Assembly (NCBI GenBank): GCA_963833555.1
Contig: CAWHYB010000006.1
Span: 45,331 to 109,330 of the forward strand
Reading direction: 5' to 3'
Length of the DNA stretch: 64,000 nucleotides
Source of the DNA: an uncultured Actinomycetes bacterium
Lineage (GTDB): Bacteria > Actinomycetota > Thermoleophilia > UBA2241
The position numbers and the translations under genes are program-made. Positions 52,127 to 60,435 of this stretch are shown here, piece by piece; the first letter of the stretch is position 1, and every line of letters begins with the position of its first letter. The notes under the pieces are model-generated. The model did no database searches and had not been told where the DNA came from. It was given only the letters and a program-made list of their open reading frames with translations.

Positions 52127-52225
52127 GAGTCCGTGCGGCTGGGCTACAAACTCGCCGTCTACTGCTCCGATGAGGCAGGCAACGCGCAGGCGAAGGTCAC
52201 CTGGGCGAGGTTCACGGTGAGGTAG
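52127..52225 (+). pseudogene. Orphan C-terminal remnant of a surface-protein Ig-like module
   Basis: YKLAVYCSDEAGNAQAKVTWARFTVR* (DxAGN terminal-strand pattern) in frame directly after the phosphoesterase TAG; no start of its own. Confidence 0.5.
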
Positions 52226-52244
52226 GGAAGAGGGGGCGCGCAGG

Positions 52245-53915
52245 CTACGCCCCGATCACCCTGCTGAATGACGACAGCGTCTTGGCGTGGTCGGCGTCGC
52301 TGTGGACTGCCTGGACCTTCCATTTGTGGTAGTTGAGCGTGTTCGGCAGCGATACGTTGGCCTGGTAGGCGCTGTAGGTGCCGTAGTCGTGCAGGCGCGC
52401 CGTGACCGACGAGCGCAATACCCAGCTGGAATCGCGCCAGTCCCACGCGTAGACGCGCAGTTTGACGGCGCCCGAACCGGACGCGTGGTGCGGCTTGAGG
52501 TAGCCGGTGCACCGGTAATCCCAGCTAAGGATTCCGTTGCTCTCGCGAATGCGAGCCAGCGAGGGCCGTGTCAGCAGCGCCTCCGGCTTGATCGTGAGCG
52601 ACACCGGTGTCGCCGCAAGGTGGGCGGCGTTCCCGCCGAAGGAGAACTTCACGCCGATCTTGCGCTGGACATTGGGGAAGGAGACCGCGAAGTTCCCCAG
52701 GGAGTCGGTCGTCAGCCGCTTGGTGCCGCCGAAGCCGGTCTTCCCGACCGTCGCGCCGGCGATGCTGTTCAACTCCCCCGAGAGCGCTCCCTTGATCTTC
52801 ACCGTCGAGTTGTAGGCTGGGGTGCCCGAGGGTCCGCCGGCCGACAGCAGCGGGATCTCGAACAACCCCTTGTACACGTCGGGGTCTCCGTTGCGGCCGT
52901 CCGTCCACACGACCTCCTCGTTGCCGATCGACGGCTCAGTCTGGGCGGCGGGGTCGTTCGTCATCCGGCGTTCCTTCTTCGTCGCCAGGTCGTACAGGTA
53001 GATGTCCGAGCTCCCGTTGCGGTCGTCCTGGTAGGCGACCAGTACGTGGGGCTTGTTGCCGATGACCAAATTGCCGCGAGGGGTCTCGAAGACAAACGAG
53101 TGGGTGAAGATCTGGGGCGCCGTCTGGTTGTGGGCGTTCGTGGTGAGGCGCCGTTCGAGGCCGGCCTTGAGGTCGTAGGCGTAGATGTCCCAGTTGCCGT
53201 TGCGGTGGTCTTCGTACACGACCCAGTTCCCGCTGATCTGCGGGCAGCGCTGATCGGCCTTGCTGGTCGTCAGGCGCCGCGTCTTCAGGGTGCTCAGGCT
53301 CGTGAGGTAGATGTCCCAGTTGCCGTTGCGGTGGTCGGCGTAGACCACCGAGTCGCCCGAGATGGCCGGATCGATCTGATCGGCCGTGTTTGTCGTCACC
53401 GCTCCGCCGGTCGAGGACGACAGATCGAACCAGTGGATGTCCCAGTTGCCGTTCGGGGCGTCCTCGTAGACGACGGTCGAGCCGCTGATCGCCGGGTCGA
53501 GCTGGTCGCCGAGTCCGGTCGCGACCGGGGTCTCGGACGGCGCGACGGTCGGTGCGGGGGCCGGCGGCGGCGTGACCGTGCCGGCGTAGATGTCCCAGGT
53601 GCCGTCGCGATCGTCCTCCCAGACGATGGCGCCGCCCGCCGACGCCGGATGCCGCTGATTGCCGGCCGTGGCGTCGAGGAGGGTGGGGTCGGGAACCGTC
53701 AGCCAGAGGTGCCAGCCGAACTCGGTGCCCTCCTCCCACAGCGTCTGCCCGAAGCCGTACGCGCACGGAGCGTCTTGAGTGGTCGGTCCTGTGGCGAGCG
53801 GCGTCTCGGTGACCCAGGGCACGGCCGCGTGGGCGGGACCGGCGGCGAGTGCGACACCCAGGGCTGCGAGCAGGACGCAGACAGCAATCGAGACAGATCG
53901 GACGGAGCGCGACAT
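52245..53915 (-). CDS. Secreted TolB-like beta-propeller protein (Methanosarcina-type repeats) with an unnamed C-terminal module
   Basis: Signal peptide; six repeats of Q..P.I.G..VV(W/Y).D.RNGNWDIY; C-terminal GYLKPHH...WKVQAVH.DADHAKT domain. Confidence 0.82.
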   Translation of the reverse strand: MSRSVRSVSIAVCVLLAALGVALAAGPAHAAVPWVTETPLATGPTTQDAPCAYGFGQTLWEEGTEFGWHLWLTVPDPTLLDATAGNQRHPASAGGAIVWEDDRDGTWDIYAGTVTPPPAPAPTVAPSETPVATGLGDQLDPAISGSTVVYEDAPNGNWDIHWFDLSSSTGGAVTTNTADQIDPAISGDSVVYADHRNGNWDIYLTSLSTLKTRRLTTSKADQRCPQISGNWVVYEDHRNGNWDIYAYDLKAGLERRLTTNAHNQTAPQIFTHSFVFETPRGNLVIGNKPHVLVAYQDDRNGSSDIYLYDLATKKERRMTNDPAAQTEPSIGNEEVVWTDGRNGDPDVYKGLFEIPLLSAGGPSGTPAYNSTVKIKGALSGELNSIAGATVGKTGFGGTKRLTTDSLGNFAVSFPNVQRKIGVKFSFGGNAAHLAATPVSLTIKPEALLTRPSLARIRESNGILSWDYRCTGYLKPHHASGSGAVKLRVYAWDWRDSSWVLRSSVTARLHDYGTYSAYQANVSLPNTLNYHKWKVQAVHSDADHAKTLSSFSRVIGA

Positions 53916-54029
53916 CGGTGACCCCCCCTGTGGCGTTGACCCTAGTCCGATTCTATCTCCTTCGGAGACTGTCTGCTCCGGCCCGAGCTACCGCCGAGCG
54001 CCGCCCCGCACCCGACCGTCCTCGTCAGG

Positions 54030-54074
54030 GCGGGGTGGGCGGGCCTGGTCTTTGGCCAGGCCCGCCCGCCCCGC
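54030..54074 (-). terminator. Long GC hairpin after the ester cyclase gene
   Basis: GCGGGGTGGGCGGGCCTGGTC / GGCCAGGCCCGCCCGCCCCGC inverted repeat (2 mismatches). Confidence 0.55.
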
Positions 54075-54095
54075 GACAGCGGCGGCCTGAGGAGC

Positions 54096-54524
54096 TCAGG
54101 CCGCCGCCGGCAGCTCGGCCAGGCCGAGCTGCGTGAGGAGCCCGAGCATGTCCATCTGGCCCCAGTGCTCGGCGAGCCGGCCATTGCGGAAGCCGATAAT
54201 GTCGACCGACTCCCAGCTTGCTGACTTGCCTGTCGGCGGATTGCCCAACAACGAACCCGTGTTTGTCCCGGAGAAGGTCTGGCGGACGCAGACCTGGTCG
54301 CCCGAACTGATGGTGTCGTCGATCTTGAGGAGCAGGTCCGGGAAGGCCTGGCGCATCATCCGGATGAGGTTCTTGAGCCCCTCGAGGCCGCTGCCCATCC
54401 CCGGCATCTCTTCGTGTTCGATGAAGTTCGGCGTCATCGTCTCGTCGAGGGCGCTGAGGTCGCCCTTGCTGAAGGCGTCCTCGACGACCCGCCGGAGCTG
54501 AGCCAGGTTGTCGCTCTCACTCAT
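54096..54524 (-). CDS. Ester cyclase (SnoaL-like, NTF2 fold)
   Basis: AFPDL, GDQVCVR.TFSGT, PPTGK, FRNGRLAEHWG. Confidence 0.92.
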   Translation of the reverse strand: MSESDNLAQLRRVVEDAFSKGDLSALDETMTPNFIEHEEMPGMGSGLEGLKNLIRMMRQAFPDLLLKIDDTISSGDQVCVRQTFSGTNTGSLLGNPPTGKSASWESVDIIGFRNGRLAEHWGQMDMLGLLTQLGLAELPAAA

Positions 54525-54696
54525 GTCGACCATCTCCCGTTCTTCGCTGGTTCACGATGTCCGACCGACCCTCACGTGGCGTGCCGTCACCCAACTTCGG
54601 CGTACCCCGTGGCGGGACCGCTTCAACCGATTGGACCAACGCTTGCACCACGTCCGGGCGTAAGATGCCCGCGACAACGCGAGAAGGAGATGAGCC

Positions 54697-54996
54697 ATGG
54701 ACGAGCAGCTCCTGCGCGACCAGGCGATGCGCCGCCTGAAGAAGAAGCGCGACTTCACCGGCGACGTGATCGCCTACATCGTCGTCAACGCATTCCTCAT
54801 CGCCATCTGGTACTTCGTCGGCGGGCGCGGCTACTTCTGGCCGGCGTGGGTGCTCGGCGGGTGGGGCATCGGCCTTGCGTTCCATGCGTGGGACGTCTTC
54901 GGGCGCCGCGACATCACCGAGGCCGACCTGCAGCGCGAGATGGAGCGCCAGCGCGGCAGGGGACGCGTCTACGACGACTCGGACCTGACGAGCTAG
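54697..54996 (+). CDS. 2TM domain-containing protein
   Basis: A.RRLKKKRDF..D...YIVVN..LI.IW, YFWP.W...GWGIGL.FH; AAGGAG RBS. Confidence 0.9.
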   Translation: MDEQLLRDQAMRRLKKKRDFTGDVIAYIVVNAFLIAIWYFVGGRGYFWPAWVLGGWGIGLAFHAWDVFGRRDITEADLQREMERQRGRGRVYDDSDLTS

Positions 54997-55028
54997 CGGC
55001 CGGGTGCGGCCCGGTTGGGGTTCCGTCG

Positions 55029-55856
55029 CTACGCGGCTGTGTCCTGGCGGGCTTCGGCGCTCGCCGGGCGCACTCGTTCTGCCAGGAACTCTTCCCAGGT
55101 CCGCCGGCCCACGGCGCGGTCGGGAGCCAGGTTCGCACCCGCGCGAATGGCGCGCGCGGCCTCGCCCGGGATCCAGACCGGCACCATCGTGCGCCGCATG
55201 CCGCGCGCCTGCAAGTACGCTCGGAGCAGGTCGTCTACCCCGTAGATGCGCGGGCCCGCAACATCGGGCACGAGCCCGGACGGCGAGCCGAGCGCCAGCT
55301 CCACGAGTCGGTCGGCGACCTCAGCGGCGTCGATCGGCTGGAACCGCATGCCCGCCGGGACCGGCAGCACCGGCAGCTTGACCATCTGCCGGGCCACCAC
55401 GAGGATCAGGTCGAAGAACTGGGCGGCGCGCAGCGCCGTCCAGGGCAGGCCGCTGTCGGTCACGACCCGCTCGGTCGCCTGCTTGGTCCCGAAGTAGCCG
55501 AACATGGTCCGGTCGATGCCGCTCGCCATCGGCACCCGGTCGGCGCCGATGACCGAGATGTAGACGAGGTGGCGCACGCCGGCCCGCGACGCGGCCCGGA
55601 CCAGGTTACGGGTCGCTTCGTCGTCGCCCTTTCTGCCCCCGGCGCAGTGCACGACGATCTCCGCTCCGTCCACCGCGGCGTCGATCCCCGCGCCGGTCAG
55701 CAGGTCGCCGACCACGTACTCGACGTCCTTGTCGGACGGGTGACTGCCGCGGCTGACAACCCGTGCCTGGCGATCGGCGTCCCGTAGACGCGCGACCACA
55801 TGACTCCCCAGGGTTCCCGTGCCGCCCGTGACGAGGATGAGAGGACCAGTGCTCAT
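55029..55856 (-). CDS. Atypical SDR / NmrA-like NAD(P)H-binding protein
   Basis: ILVTGGTGTLG, HLVYISVIG, YFGTK, LRAAQFF, QPIDAAEVA. Confidence 0.9.
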   Translation of the reverse strand: MSTGPLILVTGGTGTLGSHVVARLRDADRQARVVSRGSHPSDKDVEYVVGDLLTGAGIDAAVDGAEIVVHCAGGRKGDDEATRNLVRAASRAGVRHLVYISVIGADRVPMASGIDRTMFGYFGTKQATERVVTDSGLPWTALRAAQFFDLILVVARQMVKLPVLPVPAGMRFQPIDAAEVADRLVELALGSPSGLVPDVAGPRIYGVDDLLRAYLQARGMRRTMVPVWIPGEAARAIRAGANLAPDRAVGRRTWEEFLAERVRPASAEARQDTAA

Positions 55857-55945
55857 GACGGCAACCTCCACGGATGTCGATGGCTGTTTGAGGTCAGTAC
55901 CCATGGCTGCTCTGTTGCAGACAAGCGCGCTGAATGAAACCGGCG

Positions 55946-56034
55946 GCCTAGAACAGGTCGGTGACCGTCGCTGAGATCGCTTCGTCGACGCGCTCGGGGC
56001 AGTCGGTGGCCGTGACGTCGCAGAAGCTGCGCTC
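55946..56034 (-). pseudogene. Orphan 3' end of a paralogue of the Cas4-like nuclease at 60436-61080 (diverged direct repeat)
   Basis: SFCDVTATDCPERVDEAISATVTDLF* vs AWCDVTASDCPERVDEALSVTVTDLF*; 71/89 nt identical to 60434-60522 by manual alignment, including the stop codon. Confidence 0.85.
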
Positions 56035-56167
56035 GCCTTGCCTTGAGCGTCCTGGCGGCCAACACGGAATGACGACAAGTCCTGGGATCCCATGGTCACG
56101 AGCAGCGTTTCGTCGTCTTGGGACCGCTCCGATGCCCGCGAGCTGGGTGGCGCCGTTGTCAGCCCCG

Positions 56168-56198
56168 TTGACAACGTGAGACATGGCGACTGTATGCT
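56168..56198 (+). promoter_or_regulatory. Candidate sigma70-type promoter for the amidohydrolase leader
   Basis: TTGACA (56168)-N19-TATGCT (56193); the spacer is longer than optimal. Confidence 0.5.
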
Positions 56199-56460
56199 AC
56201 GGGCGTGTCAAGTGGGGGTCTGACCCGAGAGAGCGGCGTCTTACCGCACGATCGGGTCGCCAGGGGGGTAACGAGCGGTGCAGGTCCATCCCGTCGCCTT
56301 GTCGCCGAGGCTCGTTCGACTCAAAACGCCTTCGTTTCCGACCACGTCGTGAGCTCCCGCTCAGCGTGGTCGGCGGCCTGAACCTTCCTGAGGAGGTGCG
56401 ACGGCTGATCGCCGTCGCTCCCAGCAGGACCGGTAACTCGAGCCACGGAAGGTGATCTCA

Positions 56461-58330
56461 GTGAGTCAACGTTTCACGCGTCTCGCGCTGCTTCTGGCGC
56501 TGGCGCTCGTCGTTCTTGCCCTGTGCGCACCCCTCGCGCAAGCGAAGCCCCGGGCCGCCGACACGGTCTTTCTGAAGGGACGCGTCGCCGCCTACCAGGG
56601 CTACAAGACCGACTCCAGCAACTGGAGCTGGCAGAGTGCCGTCGCCGTGAGGGACGGCAAGATCGTCTATGTCGGCACACAACGCCGAGGCCCGGCGCTT
56701 CGTCGGCGCCGAGACGGAGGTCGTGAACCTCAAGGGCAAGATGATGATGCCCGGCCTGGAAGACGGACACACGCACCTGCAGGGGTACGTCGCCTGCAAC
56801 ATGGATTACGAGGGCGGCACGATCGACTACATCCTCGGCAAGATCAAAGCCGCTCTCGAGAGGTCCGACCAGGCCGACATGCTGCACAGCAACTTCGTGC
56901 TGACCTGCAGCTACCTAAGCGGAGCTTCCATCCTGCCGTCCGGCACCCAGCTGACGAGCCACGACCTCGACCGTCTGAGCCTGCCCCTTGACTCCGGCGA
57001 TGCCATGGCGACGGGCACGACTCGCCCGATCGTCGTGACCGATCTCGACGGGCACAAGAAGTGGGTGAACAGCCAGGCGATGCTCAACGCCGGCATCGAT
57101 GCCGACACACCCACGCCGCCTGGCAGCACCATCGGCCACTACCCCAACGGCGAGCCCAACGGCTTCTTCTCCGACTACACCCCGCCGGCGCCCTGGGGAG
57201 ACTCGACGGCGGCGAACGACAAGTACGCGGGGTTCGTGACCTCGCTGCAGCTCTACAACGAGACGGGCACGACCAGCATCGAGAAGGCCAGTGGTGTGCT
57301 GGCCGACCTGCCCGTCTGGAAGCAGATCGCAGACGACGGCAAGCTCACCATGCGGGTGAACTCGCAGGTGACGGCCGCCTGGGTCCATGGAATGACAGAC
57401 CCAACTGCAATCCAGGCAAAGATCGACGAGATGAATGCGGCCAGAGCCGAGTACAGCGGCTACAAGAGCCCCAACAGCCCGGGCTCGTTGACGGTCGACA
57501 CCGCCAAGATCTTCGCCGACGGCGTCGCGGAGTATCCGGCACAGACGGCCGCCATGCTGCAGCCCTACAACATCAACATCGGCACCGACGAGAACCCTCT
57601 CTGGGTGATCGGCTCGAGCCGCGGAGCGGACCCGACGGTGACCGATGCCGTCCCCGGCTTCCTCGCCCTCGATGTCAACCACTGGACGATCCACGTGCAC
57701 GCCATCGGCAACCGCGCCGTGCGCGACACGCTCGACAACTACGAGCTCATCGAGCAGACCAACCCGAAGTGGGACCGTCGCGAGCAAATGGTACACGTGC
57801 AGTTCGTCGACCCGAAGGACATGCCGCGTTTCGGTCAGCTGGGCGTCGTTCCCGACATGCAGCTGCAGTGGGCCGAGAACGACAGCTACACGATCGATGC
57901 CCTGCAGCCCTTCGTGAGCCCGCTGGTCTACAAGACGATGTACCCGACGCGCAGCCTCATGCTGGGCGGCGCCGTCCTTGCAGCCGGCAGCGACTTCCCC
58001 GTCGATGCGCTCGCCCCATGGCGGCAGATCGAGCAGACCGTGACGCGCGCCGGGGTGCCCGACGAGAACATGGGCATCTATCCGGGCGCACTCCTCTACA
58101 AGGAGCATCTCACGCTGAAGCAGGCCCTGCGCATGGCCACCATGGGCACGGCCTATCAGCTGCATCAGAACAAGGTGACAGGCTCGATCAAGGTCGGGAA
58201 GTTCGCCGACCTCATCGTGCTGAACCAGAACCTGTTCAAGATTCCGGCGAGCAAGATCCGGGACACCAAGGTCCTCATGACCATGGTCGGCGGCAAGGTT
58301 GTCTGGCAGGATCCATCGAACCCGCTGTGA
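56461..58330 (+). CDS. Secreted YtcJ/NfdA-like amidohydrolase (amidohydrolase 3 family); frameshift near 56690
   Basis: Signal peptide (AQA), AVAVRDGKIVYVG, PGLEDGHTH, KIFADG, HVHAIGNRA, HVQ, AGSDFPV, GSIKVGKFADLIVL. Confidence 0.9.
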
Positions 58331-58399
58331 CTGACTCGCAGCGCCGCTAGACAAGTCGCCCACCGCACCGGCGTCTGATTGGCGGCGGCCATGGTCGAT

Positions 58400-58437
58400 G
58401 GGGCGGGGTGAGGGCCGCGAGGCCCTCACCCCGCCCC
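58400..58437. terminator. Perfect 17-bp hairpin between convergent genes
   Basis: GGGGCGGGGTGAGGGCC-GCGA-GGCCCTCACCCCGCCCC with a GNRA loop. Confidence 0.75.
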
Positions 58438-58464
58438 AAGTAGCGCGGGGGACCGGCGCGGCAT

Positions 58465-58980
58465 TCAGAGACCCGCCAGCGTCCTTCGCACGTCCTTCAT
58501 CAGGATCATGAGCTGGAGTGGGTTCGCCGGCGACGGCTCGAAGCCGTGGCGCAGGTAGAAGGTCCGCGCCCGCTCATCCTTCGCGTGGACGACCACGATG
58601 CGTGCGCCGAGAATGACCGCAGCCTCGGCGCAACGCGCGAGCGCCTCGATCAGCATCGCGCTGCCGATACCGCGGCCCTGCTCGGTCCGGTCGACGGCCA
58701 AGCGGGCCAGAAGGATCGCCGGGATGTCGTGTGGCCCTTGCCCCTTGGCGGCTCGCTCGGTCGCGTCCTCTGCGGCCAAACTCGTCGCCGCCAGGCTGAA
58801 GTACGCGACTACGCGGCCGTTGCGCACGGCCACGTAGGTCCTCGACTTGCCGGCCCGTTGATCGGGGAGCGCCTGCCCGGTCAGGTAGTCGTTGAGCGGG
58901 CCGACGCCGCAGTCGAAGGCTGCGATCTCATGTGAGGGGTCGAGTGGGGAGGGACCGAGGAAGGGGTCAGCCGTCGGCAA
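58465..58980 (-). CDS. GNAT acetyltransferase toxin (TacT/AtaT/KacT type)
   Basis: FDCG..LNDYL, LLARLAVD...GRGIG, VHAKDERARTFYLRHGF; TTG start overlapping the antitoxin stop. Confidence 0.9.
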   Translation of the reverse strand: MPTADPFLGPSPLDPSHEIAAFDCGVGPLNDYLTGQALPDQRAGKSRTYVAVRNGRVVAYFSLAATSLAAEDATERAAKGQGPHDIPAILLARLAVDRTEQGRGIGSAMLIEALARCAEAAVILGARIVVVHAKDERARTFYLRHGFEPSPANPLQLMILMKDVRRTLAGL

Positions 58981-59242
58981 ACGGGCTGCGCCTAGAGGCG
59001 GCCTCGCGCAGACCGGGGAGGACGCGCGCGGGGCGGTCGAGGCGGGCGACGAACTCATCCCACTTGTCGGCGGGAACGACGAAGCGCGTCTGGTCGGCCA
59101 GCACTTCTTCGGCGGCACGCAGCGTCGCCTGCAGCATGAACTGACTGAGCGGCATGTGGCTGAGGCTGGCGGCCTGCTCGACGACCGCCTTCTCATCCTC
59201 GGTCACCCGGATGTTCAGAGATTTGTCCTTCACGACCGCCAT
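58967..59242 (-). CDS. DUF1778 ribbon-helix-helix antitoxin (TacA/AtaR/KacA type)
   Basis: LNIRVTEDEKAVVEQAA...LSQFML...AAEEVLAD...WDEFVARLDRP; GGAGG RBS. Confidence 0.92.
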   Translation of the reverse strand: MAVVKDKSLNIRVTEDEKAVVEQAASLSHMPLSQFMLQATLRAAEEVLADQTRFVVPADKWDEFVARLDRPARVLPGLREAASRRSPFADG

Positions 59243-59280
59243 GGCGGCATGACCTCCGACTGGATTTGACTGCGCGGACA

Positions 59281-59309
59281 GTGTACCCACAGGTGGTGGG
59301 CATGTACAC
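59281..59309 (-). promoter_or_regulatory. TA operon promoter/operator with GTAC half-sites
   Basis: Inverted repeat GTGTAC(59281)...GTACAC(59304); on the - strand TGTACA-N17-TACACT, so the half-sites coincide with the -35 and -10 boxes. Confidence 0.65.
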
Positions 59310-59398
59310 ACAATGTCAACACAAGCTTGCGACAAGACCAGTAGCGGCTCGGCCTCGTCGCCGTCGTCTTTACGGCTTGAACTTGGTGAGTAGCTACC

Positions 59399-59536
59399 TC
59401 CCTGAGCTACCTCTCACTCGAGGGCCTGCAGGACGCCATCGGCCTGCCCGCCGAGCTGTTCACGCGCGAGGGCTTCACCTGCGAGTATCCCGTCCCCGTC
59501 CCAGAGCAACCGGAGATGGAGAAGCTGCGCTTCGGG
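59399..59536 (+). pseudogene. purF: Degenerate 3' fragment of amidophosphoribosyltransferase
   Basis: SLSYLSLEGLQDAIGLPAELFTREGFTCEYPVPVP...EKLRF matches the PurF C-terminus (DSLxYLSLEGL...CxACFTGEYP); the Cys ligands are lost and there is no upstream gene body. Confidence 0.75.
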
Positions 59537-59615
59537 CGTGGGGCGGCCTGATCACAACACGGGAGCCGTGCACGGCGTAGTCGACTGGAGGTCTGTTGAC
59601 GATTCGCCTCGCCCG

Positions 59616-59698
59616 TTGACTTGGCGCCTCAGGAGGGGATAATCACTCCACTGTCCCCGTGCTCGACGCGGGGCGCGAAGCCGCCTCCGGGCGGCTTC
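59616..59698 (+). ncRNA. Candidate short two-hairpin RNA with its promoter, upstream of the NYN gene
   Basis: TTGACT-N16-GATAAT (59616-59643); hairpin 59655-59673; perfect 9-bp hairpin GAAGCCGCC-TCCG-GGCGGCTTC (59677-59698) followed by a pyrimidine-rich tail. Confidence 0.4.
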
Positions 59699-59724
59699 TG
59701 CTTCATCTGGGGGGATTTGTCACC

Positions 59725-60389
59725 TTGACAGAGAGTGTCGAGCTGAAGCCGAGCACCTCCGTGTACATCGATGGCTTCAACTTCTACTACGCGGCTTTCC
59801 ACCGGGCGAACTTCGGCTCCTACAAGTGGCTCGATCTTCCCGCGTTGTGCAAGGTCGCCTTGCCTCGCAACGACATTCAGCTCGTTCGGTACTTCACTGC
59901 ACCACTCAATCCGTCGCACGGGCGGGCGGGTCAGCGCGCCAGGCAGGATACCTACCTCCATGCTCTCCACACGCTGCCCGGGCTCTCGCTCCACTTCGGC
60001 CAGTTCGTCGAGCATGCGAAGACACAGAGGTTGGTTCATCCCCCGAGAGGTGCGGCGAGAGCGGCCGAGGTGTGGGTGCCAGAGGAGAAGGGCAGCGACG
60101 TGAACCTCGCCACGTACTTGCTGCTCGATGCGTTCAAGGCCGCGTGTGACGTGGCTGTGGTCGTGTCGAACGACGCTGACCTGCTGGAGCCGGTGCGGAT
60201 CGTGCGTGAGGAACTCGGGCGAACTGTCGGCGTGTTGCGGGTCGAGGGCGGTCAGCGACGCTGCATATTCGCCGGACGCGTCGACTTCATCCGGCCCTTG
60301 CGCGAGCGGCATTTCGCTGTAAGCCAGTTGCCCGCAGTCGTGGCCGACTCAAGAGCAAGCAGTTCAGGTGCCCGCCAGAATGGGCATGA
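59725..60389 (+). CDS. NYN-domain (PIN-like, LabA/DUF88 clan) ribonuclease; indel near 60352
   Basis: YIDGFNFYY, YKWLDL, VRYFTA, EEKGSDVNLA, VVSNDADL; the shifted frame gives the natural end KQFRCPPEWA*. Confidence 0.87.
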
Positions 60390-60435
60390 ACTGCCGCCGC
60401 CCGTATGGGCGGCGGATGTAGCGTCCTTCGCCCGC

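Noticed and set aside
56270-56325. tRNA T-loop (GTTCGACTC) or cobalamin-riboswitch-like GGTGCAGGTCC
   Set aside because: No T-stem pairing or cloverleaf; the GGGAA and GCCCCCGC-ACTGT cobalamin elements are absent.
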